The notes under the pieces: generated by a model
The model's input: the letters and a program-made list of their open reading frames with translations, nothing else
Database searches by the model: none
What the model was told of the DNA's origin: nothing
Program-made: the position numbers and the translations under genes
NCBI GenBank assembly: GCA_030427785.1
Contig: JAUICR010000001.1
Span: forward strand, 1 to 48,987
Direction: 5' to 3'
Source: Bacteroidia bacterium
Lineage (GTDB): Bacteria; Bacteroidota; Bacteroidia; Flavobacteriales; Schleiferiaceae
DNA: 48,987 nucleotides
Part shown: positions 1 through 9,810 of the stretch, one piece after another
Numbering within the stretch: the first letter of the stretch is position 1
How the letters are laid out: every line of letters starts with the position of its first letter

Positions 1-78
1 CGCCACACTCACCAAGGTTTGCTCTAAGGTGTCCTCAGCATTATAAATGGGAATTACTATGGAAAAGGACGCTTTCAA
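1..78 (-). CDS. Glycosyltransferase family 2, N-terminal fragment (runs off the window edge)
   Basis: Manual translation from TTG at 78 gives MKASFSIVIPIYNAEDTLEQTLVSVA, the classic GT2 N-terminus (S-I-V-I-P-x-Y-N). The TTG overlaps the TGA of the upstream GT2 gene. Not in the ORF track. Confidence 0.85.
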   Translation of the reverse strand, partial: MKASFSIVIPIYNAEDTLEQTLVSVA

Positions 79-1103
79 TATTCAAAGTATTTGCCTGGGA
101 AAAGTCGTTTTCGTAAGTCCTTGGCAGGTTTTAACAAACCCAGCGAAATCACCACTTGACGTGAAATTACAAAGGCATAGGTTCGGATAATATGCAGCAA
201 AGCCAAGGGCTTATATTTTCTGAAAAAGCGATAGAGTTTCAAGTTGAGTCTAAAGTTTTCTTTGGTCCAGGTTTGCCTTGGCAAGCTACCTATCCACCAG
301 TGCGAAATGCGGCTCAAAGCATGGTCAGCATTTGCTTCGCTATTGGGCACTTCGGCTCGTATAAAATCGTTGATGCGGATGATTTCTGAATAAACGGTTC
401 CATCCACATTGGCCCGCTGCCTTTGGGTACGATCATGTACCCTAAAGTAATTCAGCAATTTTGGCGTGAAAGCCAAGTCATGATGAGCAAGCAGCTTGGC
501 GTATAAAAACCAATCTCCATTTAGCTTCATGGTTTGATCGGCCATACCAGCTTCTAAATAGGCGCTTTTTCGCATTAGCGCACCACTCGCATTTGGAATT
601 GGATTGTGAAAGAGTAACCACTCTCGGCAGGCGTCTTGCCCACTTTTTACAAAAGGTTTTTGCCATGCATCCGATTCATAAATGAACTCCAAATTCTTCT
701 GGTAGCTGTTTTTTATTTCGCCCGCTTCATCTACCAGGTAGGTTTGCGCATAGGCTATGCCCACTGTGGGGTTTTTATCTAATAGTGGAACTAAGTTCTC
801 TAATAAATCTGGCTCACAAAAGTCATCACTTTCGGCAAACCATAGATACTCGCCTTTGGCCAGGCCTACGCCTTTGTTCCATTGTGCAAAGGGGCTCCCG
901 GAGTTTTTTTCATTAATATGAACTTGAATTTCTGGATGTTTTTTTGCGTAAGCTTCAATCACCTCGCGGCTATTGTCGGGAGAGCAATCATCAAAAACAA
1001 AAAGTTCAAAATCACGGAAAGTCTGATTCAGCACACTATCCAGCCTTTTAGGCAGATAATCTGCATGATTGTAATTGGGAACTATGATAGAAACCTTGGG
1101 CAT
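75..1103 (-). CDS. Glycosyltransferase family 2
   Basis: VSIIVPNYN, FDDCSPDNS, ESDD (DxD-like) and GDW motifs. Start moved to ATG at 1103 (MPKVSII) to remove the long overlap with the sulfotransferase. Confidence 0.9.
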   Translation of the reverse strand: MPKVSIIVPNYNHADYLPKRLDSVLNQTFRDFELFVFDDCSPDNSREVIEAYAKKHPEIQVHINEKNSGSPFAQWNKGVGLAKGEYLWFAESDDFCEPDLLENLVPLLDKNPTVGIAYAQTYLVDEAGEIKNSYQKNLEFIYESDAWQKPFVKSGQDACREWLLFHNPIPNASGALMRKSAYLEAGMADQTMKLNGDWFLYAKLLAHHDLAFTPKLLNYFRVHDRTQRQRANVDGTVYSEIIRINDFIRAEVPNSEANADHALSRISHWWIGSLPRQTWTKENFRLNLKLYRFFRKYKPLALLHIIRTYAFVISRQVVISLGLLKPAKDLRKRLFPGKYFEY

Positions 1104-1135
1104 AATAACGTGTAGAGCTGGTGAAAATAGAAATT

Positions 1136-1801
1136 CTAAACGGAGGCTTTTACATAGGTTTTGAAATTGGCCAATAAGGGTTTTTTGCAAAAATCTTCCA
1201 GCGCTTTAATTTTAGAAACATTCAAGGCCAATAAATCCTCATATTGGATTTCGATATAGTTTTTTTCTAAAGTAGTTTTATAGCTATTTGCTTGCGCAAC
1301 ATAGCTTTCGCAAAGCTTTAGGTTGAAATTCATGTCATCCAGTTTAGAGTCTTGCACTTCACCGGTTACCTTATTTCGCTTTGCTAAACTTTTAGCTACA
1401 GCTTGCTTATTACGAATTACATGAATCACTTTAGCTTTGGGAAATTGCTCCAGCCACATTGGTAGCGTAAATGTATTTCGAGGGTCTTTCCACCCCCATG
1501 CTGGCGATTTTAGCTTCAGTAAATTTTGGCGTAGCCTACCATAAGTTTTAAAGTGCTCATAAAACATTTCGGCTCCAGTCAGGGATTTATAATGTTCTTT
1601 TGAAGGGACTTTAGGCTCCAGCCAATTGGCATCTGCCGCCCATAATGTCTGTTGATTCAAACTCAAAAAAGGAACCGATTCGTAGTTGTGATCTTTTACC
1701 ACCCCCATAAATATTCCTGATTTTTCGAGTACCTGAGCAACCAAAGAGGTGCCACTACGATGCATGCCAATAATAATATAAGGAGCGGGAATACTTAACA
1801 T
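1136..1801 (-). CDS. PAPS-dependent sulfotransferase family protein
   Basis: IIGMHRSGTS 5'-PSB loop, WGWKDPR, VIHVIRN 3'-PB region and IQYEDL. Start overlaps the wzt stop (TGATG). Confidence 0.85.
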   Translation of the reverse strand: MLSIPAPYIIIGMHRSGTSLVAQVLEKSGIFMGVVKDHNYESVPFLSLNQQTLWAADANWLEPKVPSKEHYKSLTGAEMFYEHFKTYGRLRQNLLKLKSPAWGWKDPRNTFTLPMWLEQFPKAKVIHVIRNKQAVAKSLAKRNKVTGEVQDSKLDDMNFNLKLCESYVAQANSYKTTLEKNYIEIQYEDLLALNVSKIKALEDFCKKPLLANFKTYVKASV

Positions 1802-2982
1802 CAGGGCTTAGATTTCCAGTTTTGATCTATGTAAATACCGGGTGTGGCTTTTTGCTTAAAATTACCCGAACCGTAATAATCACCCAGTAAAACCTCGAAG
1901 TTTAGGGCACGATCTATCAAGTCTACCGGAAATCCGTTGATCATTAGCTTGGCGCGTAAATAATAGCTGCCCGCCATTAGCGGAAGCTTGTTTATAGTAC
2001 ATTCAAAACTTTGTTCTTCGCCTTCCAATTTCAAACTGGTTCCTACAAATTTGTTGCTCAGGCTACTCAAGAAGTTTCCACTTGCGTTAAAAATATTGAG
2101 CTCCAAATCAAGATCGTGAGTGGCGCTAGGTTTTAGCGATTTGATAGAAAAATTTATCACCGCAGGTTCTCCCGAAATAAGCAATGAGCCATTTTTAGAA
2201 TTTGGGTGTGAAATTTCCAGCTGACTGAATTTTAACTCACCACTGCCTTTCCTATCTTTTCTTTGGCCTATAGGAAGCGCATTGGCTGTTTCGGTCATTT
2301 CCCGCATGTATTGGTCAGTGACTGACTTGGCATCGCCAATCGTTTTTACCTTTCCTTTTTCTAAAAAGATTATTTGCTCACACAGGCTACGAGCTACACT
2401 CATATTATGACTTACAAAAAGTACGGTTCTGTTTTGCTGATGTGTGGCTTCGTCCATTTTGGCAATACACTTGCGTTGAAACTCGGCATCACCCACCGCC
2501 AGTACTTCGTCAATCAGCAGAATTTCTGACTGTAAATGTGCCGCCACCGAAAAAGCAAGACGAACATACATACCGCTGCTGTAGTGTTTTACAGGCGTGT
2601 CCAAAAAAGCTTCTACCCCCGAAAAATCTACAATTTCATCAAACTGCGCTTTGATTTCGGGTTTCTTCATTCCCAATAAAGCACCATTCAAAAAGATGTT
2701 TTCTCTACCGCTGAGCTCGGGGTGAAACCCAGTACCTACCTCTAGCAGAGAAGCTAATCGGCCATTTATATGAGCGTGACCTGAGCTGGGCTGGGTAATG
2801 CGCGATAGGATTTTTAGAAGGGTAGATTTGCCGGCACCATTGGCACCAATAAGCCCGGTTACTTTTCCCTCTTCTATTTCGAGATTTATGTTTTCTAAAG
2901 CTTTGAAAACCTCTTTATTCTTTCCTTTCTGAATGAGATATTCTTTGCTGATGTTTTGAATAGAAATGGCAGAAGTACTCAT
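1801..2982 (-). CDS. wzt: Polysaccharide ABC transporter ATP-binding protein (Wzt-like) with C-terminal putative carbohydrate-binding domain
   Basis: Walker A GANGAGKST, LEVGTGFHPELSGREN, YSSGM signature and DEVLAVGD, followed by a ~150-aa beta-rich C-terminal extension. Confidence 0.9.
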   Translation of the reverse strand: MSTSAISIQNISKEYLIQKGKNKEVFKALENINLEIEEGKVTGLIGANGAGKSTLLKILSRITQPSSGHAHINGRLASLLEVGTGFHPELSGRENIFLNGALLGMKKPEIKAQFDEIVDFSGVEAFLDTPVKHYSSGMYVRLAFSVAAHLQSEILLIDEVLAVGDAEFQRKCIAKMDEATHQQNRTVLFVSHNMSVARSLCEQIIFLEKGKVKTIGDAKSVTDQYMREMTETANALPIGQRKDRKGSGELKFSQLEISHPNSKNGSLLISGEPAVINFSIKSLKPSATHDLDLELNIFNASGNFLSSLSNKFVGTSLKLEGEEQSFECTINKLPLMAGSYYLRAKLMINGFPVDLIDRALNFEVLLGDYYGSGNFKQKATPGIYIDQNWKSKP

Positions 2983-3824
2983 ACGATATCAGCTATTTTC
3001 ATTTCCATTTTTTGAAACAGGGCTAGTCCACTTACAAATAATACCAGGCCGGCAGCATAAGACATAAGTATCAGCGGATTGAAATCCCCACCAAATAGTA
3101 TAGCTCTGAAGCTCTCAATAATTCCGGTCATAGGATTTAGGTACAATACAAAATCCCATTGGCTGGGGATAATTCCGCTTAGTAAATCGGCCGAATAGGC
3201 CACCGGGGTGAGGAAGAAAATGAATTGCAAAACAAAGGGTAAAATTTGCTGCATATCTCTGTATCTGATAGATAGGGCTGCCGTCCATAAGCCAATGCCT
3301 AAAGCTGAAATAGCCGTTCCCGCCAAGGCGATGAGGAAGAACAAAATACCGATACCAAATACCTCATAATATAGAAGTAGGGCTATGAGCAATACGAAGC
3401 CTACCAGTGGCTCTACCAATCCTACTATGGCTCGGGATAGAGGTAAGGTGAGTTTAGGAAAATAGATTTTCCGAATCATCCCTTGATTATTAATCAACGA
3501 GGCGGCAGATTGTGTAATCACATAGTTGAAATAGTTCCAAAGTATCAATCCGCTTAAGGCAAACGGGAGGTAGGGAACGCCCTCTGTAGGGACTTTTACA
3601 AGTTTTTGAAAAACCACAAAAAGCACAGCCACTGAGGCAATAGGCTGAATGAGCGACCACCAATAGCCAATAAATGTTTGAGCATAGCGCACCTTATAAT
3701 CGCGGGCGGCAAAGGTGAGCATGAGCTGCCTTTGCTCTATTACTTCCTTTAGATTTTCCCACAAGCCTTGGTTTTTGGCTGTGATACTTCGCGAATATTT
3801 TGATTGCTGATTGATAGTTTTCAA
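2979..3824 (-). CDS. wzm: Polysaccharide ABC transporter permease (Wzm-like)
   Basis: RDYKVRYAQT-x-IG-x-WW-x-LIQP, KIYFP, YRD and LNPM motifs, with multiple TM segments. TTG start. ATGA overlap with wzt. Confidence 0.9.
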   Translation of the reverse strand: MKTINQQSKYSRSITAKNQGLWENLKEVIEQRQLMLTFAARDYKVRYAQTFIGYWWSLIQPIASVAVLFVVFQKLVKVPTEGVPYLPFALSGLILWNYFNYVITQSAASLINNQGMIRKIYFPKLTLPLSRAIVGLVEPLVGFVLLIALLLYYEVFGIGILFFLIALAGTAISALGIGLWTAALSIRYRDMQQILPFVLQFIFFLTPVAYSADLLSGIIPSQWDFVLYLNPMTGIIESFRAILFGGDFNPLILMSYAAGLVLFVSGLALFQKMEMKIADIV

Positions 3825-3830
3825 TTTTCA

Positions 3831-3838
3831 CAAATATA
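3831..3838 (-). promoter_or_regulatory. Bacteroidota sigma70 -7 element (TATATTTG) upstream of wzm
   Basis: Exact TAnnTTTG match on the minus strand, 6 nt before the wzm TTG. Confidence 0.55.
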
Positions 3839-3884
3839 GATGTAGAAAGCGAATGCTGCTAGTTTAAGTGCGGTGCTGTTTAAT

Positions 3885-5993
3885 TTAAGAAATCCTTCCC
3901 CATTGCAGCTTGCCTTTTGTTTTGGCATTGAATACCTGAACGAGCCTTGCATATTTTGGGTTTTCTAATTGTGGGTCTTCTTTTAGTATAGAAACCACCG
4001 CATTTTTAGCTGCTTGCAATATCTCGCCATCGTGTAGCAAGTCGGCTATTTTTAGGTTTAGCATTCCGCTTTGGCGCGTGCCCATCATATCTCCGGGGCC
4101 ACGAAGCTTCATATCCACCTCAGATATTTCAAAACCGTCATTGGTGCGCACCATCGTTTTAATTCGTGTTTTGGCATCATTGCTCAGTTTGGCTCCCGTC
4201 ATTAGTATGCAAAAACTTTGCTCTGCTCCACGGCCAACACGTCCGCGCAATTGATGCAACTGGCTGAGGCCAAATCGTTCGCTGCTTTCTATGATCATTA
4301 CAGAGGCATTTGGCACATTCACACCTACTTCTATTACAGTAGTGGCCACCATTATTTGGGTTTTGCCTTCGGCAAATCGCTGCATTTCCAGGTCCTTATC
4401 TGCGGCTTTCATTTTGCCATGGACTATGCTTACCTGATAATCGGGACGTGGAAAAGCCCTAACCACACTTTCGTAGCCATCCATCAGGTCTTTGTAATCC
4501 ATGGCGGTTGACTCTTCGATAAGAGGATACACGATGTATACTTGGCGTCCTTTGGCAATTTCTTCCTTGAGAAAACCAAAAACAGCAAGACGATTGGTAT
4601 CATATCTATGCACGGTGGTAATGGGTTTTCGGCCGGGAGGCAATTCGTCAATCACCGAAATATCAAGATTGCCATAGGCTGTCATGGCCAAAGTGCGAGG
4701 AATAGGAGTGGCCGTCATGATAAGCACATGGGGAGGCAGGGTGTTTTTTTTCCAGAGTTTTGCTCTTTGGGCCACACCAAATCGATGTTGTTCATCTACC
4801 ACTGCCAAGCCAAGATTTTTGAATTTTACCTTATCCTCAATCAAAGCATGTGTGCCTATTAGGATATCAAGCGTGCCGTCTTCCAGCTTTTGATGAATTT
4901 CTCTACGCTCAGCAGTTTTTACACTCCCGGTGAGCAGGCGCACTTCCAGGCCCAGAGGCTCAGTCAATTCAATGATTCCATTATAATGCTGATTTGCCAG
5001 AATTTCGGTGGGGGCCATCATGCAGGCCTGAAAACCATTGTCCAATGCCATAAGCATGCACATAAGTGCAACGATGGTTTTGCCGCTGCCTACATCGCCT
5101 TGCACCAGTCGGTTCATATGGCGGCCATGCATTAGGTCTTTTCGTATTTCTTTTAGTACCCTTTTTTGTGCTCCCGTTAATTCAAAAGGCAATACTTCTT
5201 CATAAAATTTATTGAACTTTTCGCCAAGTCCTTCAAATACAAAACCTCGATAATCTCGTTGATGCACCAATTTTTGACGTACCATTTCGAGCTGTATAAA
5301 TAGAAATTCGTCAAACTTCAATCGGTATCGGGCTTTTTCCAATCTTTCAAGATTCTTCGGAAAATGAGTTTCAAAATAGGAAGCTTCAAGGGGTGCCAGA
5401 TTTAAACTTTCTCTCAGGGGCTCGGGATAAAAATCTTCAATCTGCCCTTTGATAACAGGTAGGAGAGTCTTGGTAAGCTTGGCTAAACCTCGGGCATTTA
5501 AGCCTCTTGAGTTCAGTTTTTCGGTAGATGGATAAACGGGCTGCAACCCTTGAAGTGGACTGGCTTTAAAGTCGGCCATTAGCTCCAGCTCAGGATGAGC
5601 AAAGCTGTAGCGATTATTGAAAACACTGGGTTTTCCAAACAATACGTATTCCTGATTTAACTTAAGAGCTGATTTTATCCATCGCGCTCCCTGAAACCAA
5701 ATAAGTTCTACATAACCGGTTTCGTCTTCAAATCTTCCCGTTAGTCTTTTGCTTCTTCCTTTTCCGGGCTGCTCCTCCAGTTTGGTTATTTTACCTATTA
5801 TCTGAACATCAGCCTCCATCGAGCTCAGTTCATTGATTTTGTAAAATTTGCTCCTGTCTACATATCTGAATGGAAATAAGTGTAAAAGGTCATGGCAGGT
5901 AAAAATCTCCAATTCCTTTTTGAGAAGTTCGGCCTTTGATGGGCCTACTCCTTTTAGATATTCGATAGGTGTATGTAGGGTGATTTGAGACAC
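3885..5993 (-). CDS. recG: ATP-dependent DNA helicase RecG
   Basis: LKGVGP, QGDVGSGKT, DEQHRFG, MTATPIPRT, QLRGRVGRG and RGPG motifs. GTG start. Confidence 0.97.
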   Translation of the reverse strand: MSQITLHTPIEYLKGVGPSKAELLKKELEIFTCHDLLHLFPFRYVDRSKFYKINELSSMEADVQIIGKITKLEEQPGKGRSKRLTGRFEDETGYVELIWFQGARWIKSALKLNQEYVLFGKPSVFNNRYSFAHPELELMADFKASPLQGLQPVYPSTEKLNSRGLNARGLAKLTKTLLPVIKGQIEDFYPEPLRESLNLAPLEASYFETHFPKNLERLEKARYRLKFDEFLFIQLEMVRQKLVHQRDYRGFVFEGLGEKFNKFYEEVLPFELTGAQKRVLKEIRKDLMHGRHMNRLVQGDVGSGKTIVALMCMLMALDNGFQACMMAPTEILANQHYNGIIELTEPLGLEVRLLTGSVKTAERREIHQKLEDGTLDILIGTHALIEDKVKFKNLGLAVVDEQHRFGVAQRAKLWKKNTLPPHVLIMTATPIPRTLAMTAYGNLDISVIDELPPGRKPITTVHRYDTNRLAVFGFLKEEIAKGRQVYIVYPLIEESTAMDYKDLMDGYESVVRAFPRPDYQVSIVHGKMKAADKDLEMQRFAEGKTQIMVATTVIEVGVNVPNASVMIIESSERFGLSQLHQLRGRVGRGAEQSFCILMTGAKLSNDAKTRIKTMVRTNDGFEISEVDMKLRGPGDMMGTRQSGMLNLKIADLLHDGEILQAAKNAVVSILKEDPQLENPKYARLVQVFNAKTKGKLQWGRIS

Positions 5994-6038
5994 GCTGCAA
6001 ATTAAAATTCTTTGGCAACAAGTCTTACATTTATCCCC

Positions 6039-8426
6039 ATGAAAAAATATGCCCTACTCATTCTTGTTTTTGCTTGTTTTATTAGCACTGCTCAGGAAAC
6101 CGATTTTAAGCGGCTTACGCTAATGCTCAATCTCGATACCAATATGCGAGAGGTTTTGGGCACCGTATCATTGACCTTTAATTGTAAGTGGAACGAGAAG
6201 TCTGCAAATGATTCTATTTATCTCAATGGAATAAATATGGATTATAAAATGGTGAGCCTAAATGCCAAACAAGTAGATTTCTCATTTGATGAAAAAGGGA
6301 TTTGGTTTATAACTGAAGCCGGGCACTTAAAACCCAAGGATAATACCATAGTGATTCACTATAGTTGCAGGCCTAGGCGAGGAATCTTCTTTGTGGGTTT
6401 GGATAACGAAACCGGATTATCCAAAAGACAAATATGGACGCAAGGGCAGGGGATAGATCATCGCCACTGGATACCCTATAAGGATGATCAAACCGATAAG
6501 CTGGTTACGGAAATGATTGTAAGCTTTGATTCATCCTATCAGGTTGTTTCTAATGGAGAACTGGTGATGAAATCGAAAAATGATTATAAAAAGAACGAGC
6601 ACATTTGGCATTACCGCATGAAAGACCCACACCCAGGGTACCTAATGATGCTGGGTATAGGAAAGTATGATAAGAAGGAAACAAAAAGTAGAACAGGTAT
6701 AGCATTAAGCCAATACTATTACCCCGAACGGGCGGAGGATTACCCTTGGTATTACTACAAAAATGAAGAGATTTTTAACTTTTTAGAAAAAGAAATTGGA
6801 GTGGCCTATCCGTGGCAAAACTACAAGCAGGTACCTGTGCAGGATTTTCAACACGGTGCCATGGAGAATACTTCGGCTACCATTTTTGGCGATTTCTTTT
6901 TGGTAGATAAATATGCTTTTAAGGATAGAAATTATACCTATGTAAATGCTCATGAGCTTGCTCATCAGTGGTTTGGAAATTATGTGACTGCTGAAAGTAG
7001 TGATGATCATTGGCTGCATGAGGGGTTTGCCACGTACTACCAGTGGCTCAGCGAAAAGAATTTATATGGTTCCGATTTTTTTGATTGGGAAAGGTACAAG
7101 GCGGCCGAAATGGTTTTTGATGCTTCAAGGATTGATACAGTACCGCTAGGAAATGGCAAGGCGGGTTCAAGTCGCTTTTACCAAAAAGGTGCTTGGGTGC
7201 TTTATATGATGAATAGAGAATTGGGTCATGAAACTTTTAGGAAAGTAATCAAGCATTATCTCGTTCAAAATAAGTTTGGAGTGGTTACCACGCAAGATTT
7301 TATTAAAGCCATAAAAGAGGTCACTGGGAAGGATTTTAGTGCCTACTTCCGTAACTGGGTAAGTACTGCTGGTGAGCCTAGCTTTAATTTGAAATCGTGG
7401 CAAGAAGGAGATTCATTGCTTTTGCAATATCTACCTGGCGAGATGCCATTTGCTGATAGTACCTATACTGTAGATGTGGATTTGTACATGGAAGATGGCT
7501 CCAAGCAAAATAGGTCTTTAGTACTTGGCTCATCTGCCATTAGCAAAACGATATGGGTAAATAAGGACTCAACATCTCTACTAGATTATTGGGTGTTTAA
7601 TCCTAACATGAAATCTTTAGCCATAGTAAAGGAAGAAAAACCCGTAGCTATTTGGGTAAAGCAGTTGGAGTCAAATGGTTTGTTGGATAAGTATGAAGCT
7701 CTAAGAGGTTTGTCCGGTTTTGCACTTTATGAAAAGGAAAATGCCTTAAAAACTATTTTTCTAAATGAAAAAGAGCATTATGCCTTACGAGCCGAAGCCT
7801 TAAGACAACTTATTAGCGGAGGGTTTGAAAGGAGCGACATGTACATTTCTATGGCAATAACAGATGATAATAGTGATTTGCAAAAGGAGACCTTAGAAAT
7901 GCTAGAGCACCCAACTGATGCTCAACGAAAAATGATAGCCAAGCTGCGATTTGATAAGCCTTATAATTTGCGTGTAAGCGCCATTCATAAGTCTATAGAT
8001 TCCAACGATCCTTTAAATAATGAATGGTTGAAAAACTCGGGCCTGTACAGCGAGCCAGGCCTTCCTAGCCATCAAGTGGCCATTACGGCCAGCGTATATC
8101 GTTATCTTATTTTTAAAGAAGATACCGCCTTGCTGGTACTCAAAAATTATAGCTCTACAGGTTTTGATTTTATGACACGCATAGAAGCTATGAATGGTTT
8201 ATTGGCATTGCAATACTTTGACAAGGAAATGCTGCCAAACTACTTTGAGGCCATGTTTAATTATAACCGAAAATTAGCTAGAGCGGCAAGAGCTGTTTTG
8301 AGCTCGTATTACGAAAACGAAGATTACAAGAAGTGGATTGACCACTATGTAAAGAGCAAGAAAAGAGATTGGAGCGATTTCGAGATACGAATGCTCAACC
8401 GTACTTTTGGCTTAAATCTCGATTAA
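6039..8426 (+). CDS. M1 family (aminopeptidase N-like) zinc metallopeptidase, secreted, with helical C-terminal region
   Basis: GAMEN and HELAH-x18-E (HEGFA) motifs, YQKGAWVL. Signal peptide MKKYALLILVFACFISTA-Q from ATG 6039. Confidence 0.9.
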   Translation: MKKYALLILVFACFISTAQETDFKRLTLMLNLDTNMREVLGTVSLTFNCKWNEKSANDSIYLNGINMDYKMVSLNAKQVDFSFDEKGIWFITEAGHLKPKDNTIVIHYSCRPRRGIFFVGLDNETGLSKRQIWTQGQGIDHRHWIPYKDDQTDKLVTEMIVSFDSSYQVVSNGELVMKSKNDYKKNEHIWHYRMKDPHPGYLMMLGIGKYDKKETKSRTGIALSQYYYPERAEDYPWYYYKNEEIFNFLEKEIGVAYPWQNYKQVPVQDFQHGAMENTSATIFGDFFLVDKYAFKDRNYTYVNAHELAHQWFGNYVTAESSDDHWLHEGFATYYQWLSEKNLYGSDFFDWERYKAAEMVFDASRIDTVPLGNGKAGSSRFYQKGAWVLYMMNRELGHETFRKVIKHYLVQNKFGVVTTQDFIKAIKEVTGKDFSAYFRNWVSTAGEPSFNLKSWQEGDSLLLQYLPGEMPFADSTYTVDVDLYMEDGSKQNRSLVLGSSAISKTIWVNKDSTSLLDYWVFNPNMKSLAIVKEEKPVAIWVKQLESNGLLDKYEALRGLSGFALYEKENALKTIFLNEKEHYALRAEALRQLISGGFERSDMYISMAITDDNSDLQKETLEMLEHPTDAQRKMIAKLRFDKPYNLRVSAIHKSIDSNDPLNNEWLKNSGLYSEPGLPSHQVAITASVYRYLIFKEDTALLVLKNYSSTGFDFMTRIEAMNGLLALQYFDKEMLPNYFEAMFNYNRKLARAARAVLSSYYENEDYKKWIDHYVKSKKRDWSDFEIRMLNRTFGLNLD

Positions 8427-9808
8427 TGCATTCTCGCTACGCAAGGTTCTTTCAGTTTATCATCATATTTGGTGACCTCCTTCTTTTGAATGGAGGTTTT
8501 TTGATTGCCGGTGCTTTGCGATTTGATGAAATCAATATCCAGGAAACCCGCTACTACGACTACTATGTGCAGCTTTTGGTGTTTCTCAATATGTCGTGGT
8601 TGTTTCTTTCATTGCTATTTAAAACCTATGATACTCGTATAAGCCTTGTGCCGCGAAAGGCGGCTGGTAAGGTGCTCAATGCATTTTTTGTACATCTATT
8701 TATTCTGCTTCTTTTTTTGGTGGTTTTAAAAAAGGATGAATACTCACGATTATTTTTAATCTACTTCTACATTTCCTTTTTCCTAACGCTCTTGCCTTGG
8801 CGGTTTTACTTTTTAAGATTTTTAAAAGTGTTCAGAAGTAAAGGCTTCAGCTTTCGAAAAGTAGTATTGCTAGGAGAGGGTAGGGCTGTGGAGCGCCTTT
8901 ACGAATCATTAAAAGAACACCCGGAATATGGACTGGAGTTTGCCGCCTATTTTTCGGATAAGCCTGTGGGTGGGGTTCCCTTTTTGGGGCCCGAAAGTGA
9001 GTGTGCAAACTACTTGAAAGAGCATGAAATAGAGGAAATATTTTGCGCGTATCCTTCGGGAGATGAGCGCTTGATTAGGTGGTTTCGCTTTGCAGATGAG
9101 CACTTAATTCGTTTTAGAGTGTTACCTGATTTAGGAGTGGAACACACTACAGGTATTGAAATTGATTTTCATCATGATGTACCGGTATTGTTGCAGCGAA
9201 AGGAACCTTTAGAACATCTTCATCTCCGTTTGCTAAAGCGATTTGTAGATGTACTCATTTCGCTGATCGTCATTCTGTTTATCTTTCCTTGGCTCTTCCC
9301 CATCTTGGTTATCGGGGTAAAGATGTCGGGGCCTGGGCCAGTGTTTTTTAGGCAACAAAGAACAGGTTTGCGAGATGATGGTTTTAGCATATTAAAATTT
9401 AGAAGTATGGTGGTAAACCCAGAGGCTGATAAGAAACAGGCAACTTCAGATGATATGAGAGTAACTGCTTTTGGCCGATTTATTCGCAGGCATAATTTGG
9501 ATGAAATGCCACAGTTTTTTAATGTGCTAAAAGGAGATATGTCGGTAGTCGGGCCTAGGCCGCACATGTTGGCGCATACAGCTGAGTATCGCGCATTGAT
9601 TGATAAATATATGGTAAGGCATTTGGTAAAGCCTGGTATTACCGGCTTGGCACAAACTACAGGACTCCGCGGTGAAACAGAAACTACCGAGCAAATGGAA
9701 AACCGTGTAAAAGCCGATGTGTATTATATCGAGAATTGGTCTATCCTCTTAGATCTCAAAATCATTTTCACCACCATTTATCAGACTATAAGGGGAAGCG
9801 GACAGTAG
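8426..9808 (+). CDS. Undecaprenyl-phosphate sugar phosphotransferase (WcaJ-like priming glycosyltransferase)
   Basis: N-terminal TM helices, KFRSM, DEMPQFFNVLKGDMSVVGPRP, VKPGITGLAQ and DVYYIENWS. ATG 8426 overlaps the peptidase TAA (TAATG). Confidence 0.92.
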   Translation: MHSRYARFFQFIIIFGDLLLLNGGFLIAGALRFDEINIQETRYYDYYVQLLVFLNMSWLFLSLLFKTYDTRISLVPRKAAGKVLNAFFVHLFILLLFLVVLKKDEYSRLFLIYFYISFFLTLLPWRFYFLRFLKVFRSKGFSFRKVVLLGEGRAVERLYESLKEHPEYGLEFAAYFSDKPVGGVPFLGPESECANYLKEHEIEEIFCAYPSGDERLIRWFRFADEHLIRFRVLPDLGVEHTTGIEIDFHHDVPVLLQRKEPLEHLHLRLLKRFVDVLISLIVILFIFPWLFPILVIGVKMSGPGPVFFRQQRTGLRDDGFSILKFRSMVVNPEADKKQATSDDMRVTAFGRFIRRHNLDEMPQFFNVLKGDMSVVGPRPHMLAHTAEYRALIDKYMVRHLVKPGITGLAQTTGLRGETETTEQMENRVKADVYYIENWSILLDLKIIFTTIYQTIRGSGQ

Positions 9809-9810
9809 GT

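Noticed and set aside
1104-1190. Extended N-termini in the ORF track (GT2 1190, peptidase 6012, phosphotransferase 8369, bioY 13138, dnaJ 19520, rplB 32080)
   Set aside because: Most overlap neighbouring genes or promoter elements. Downstream ATGs give the family-typical N-termini and tidy translational coupling.
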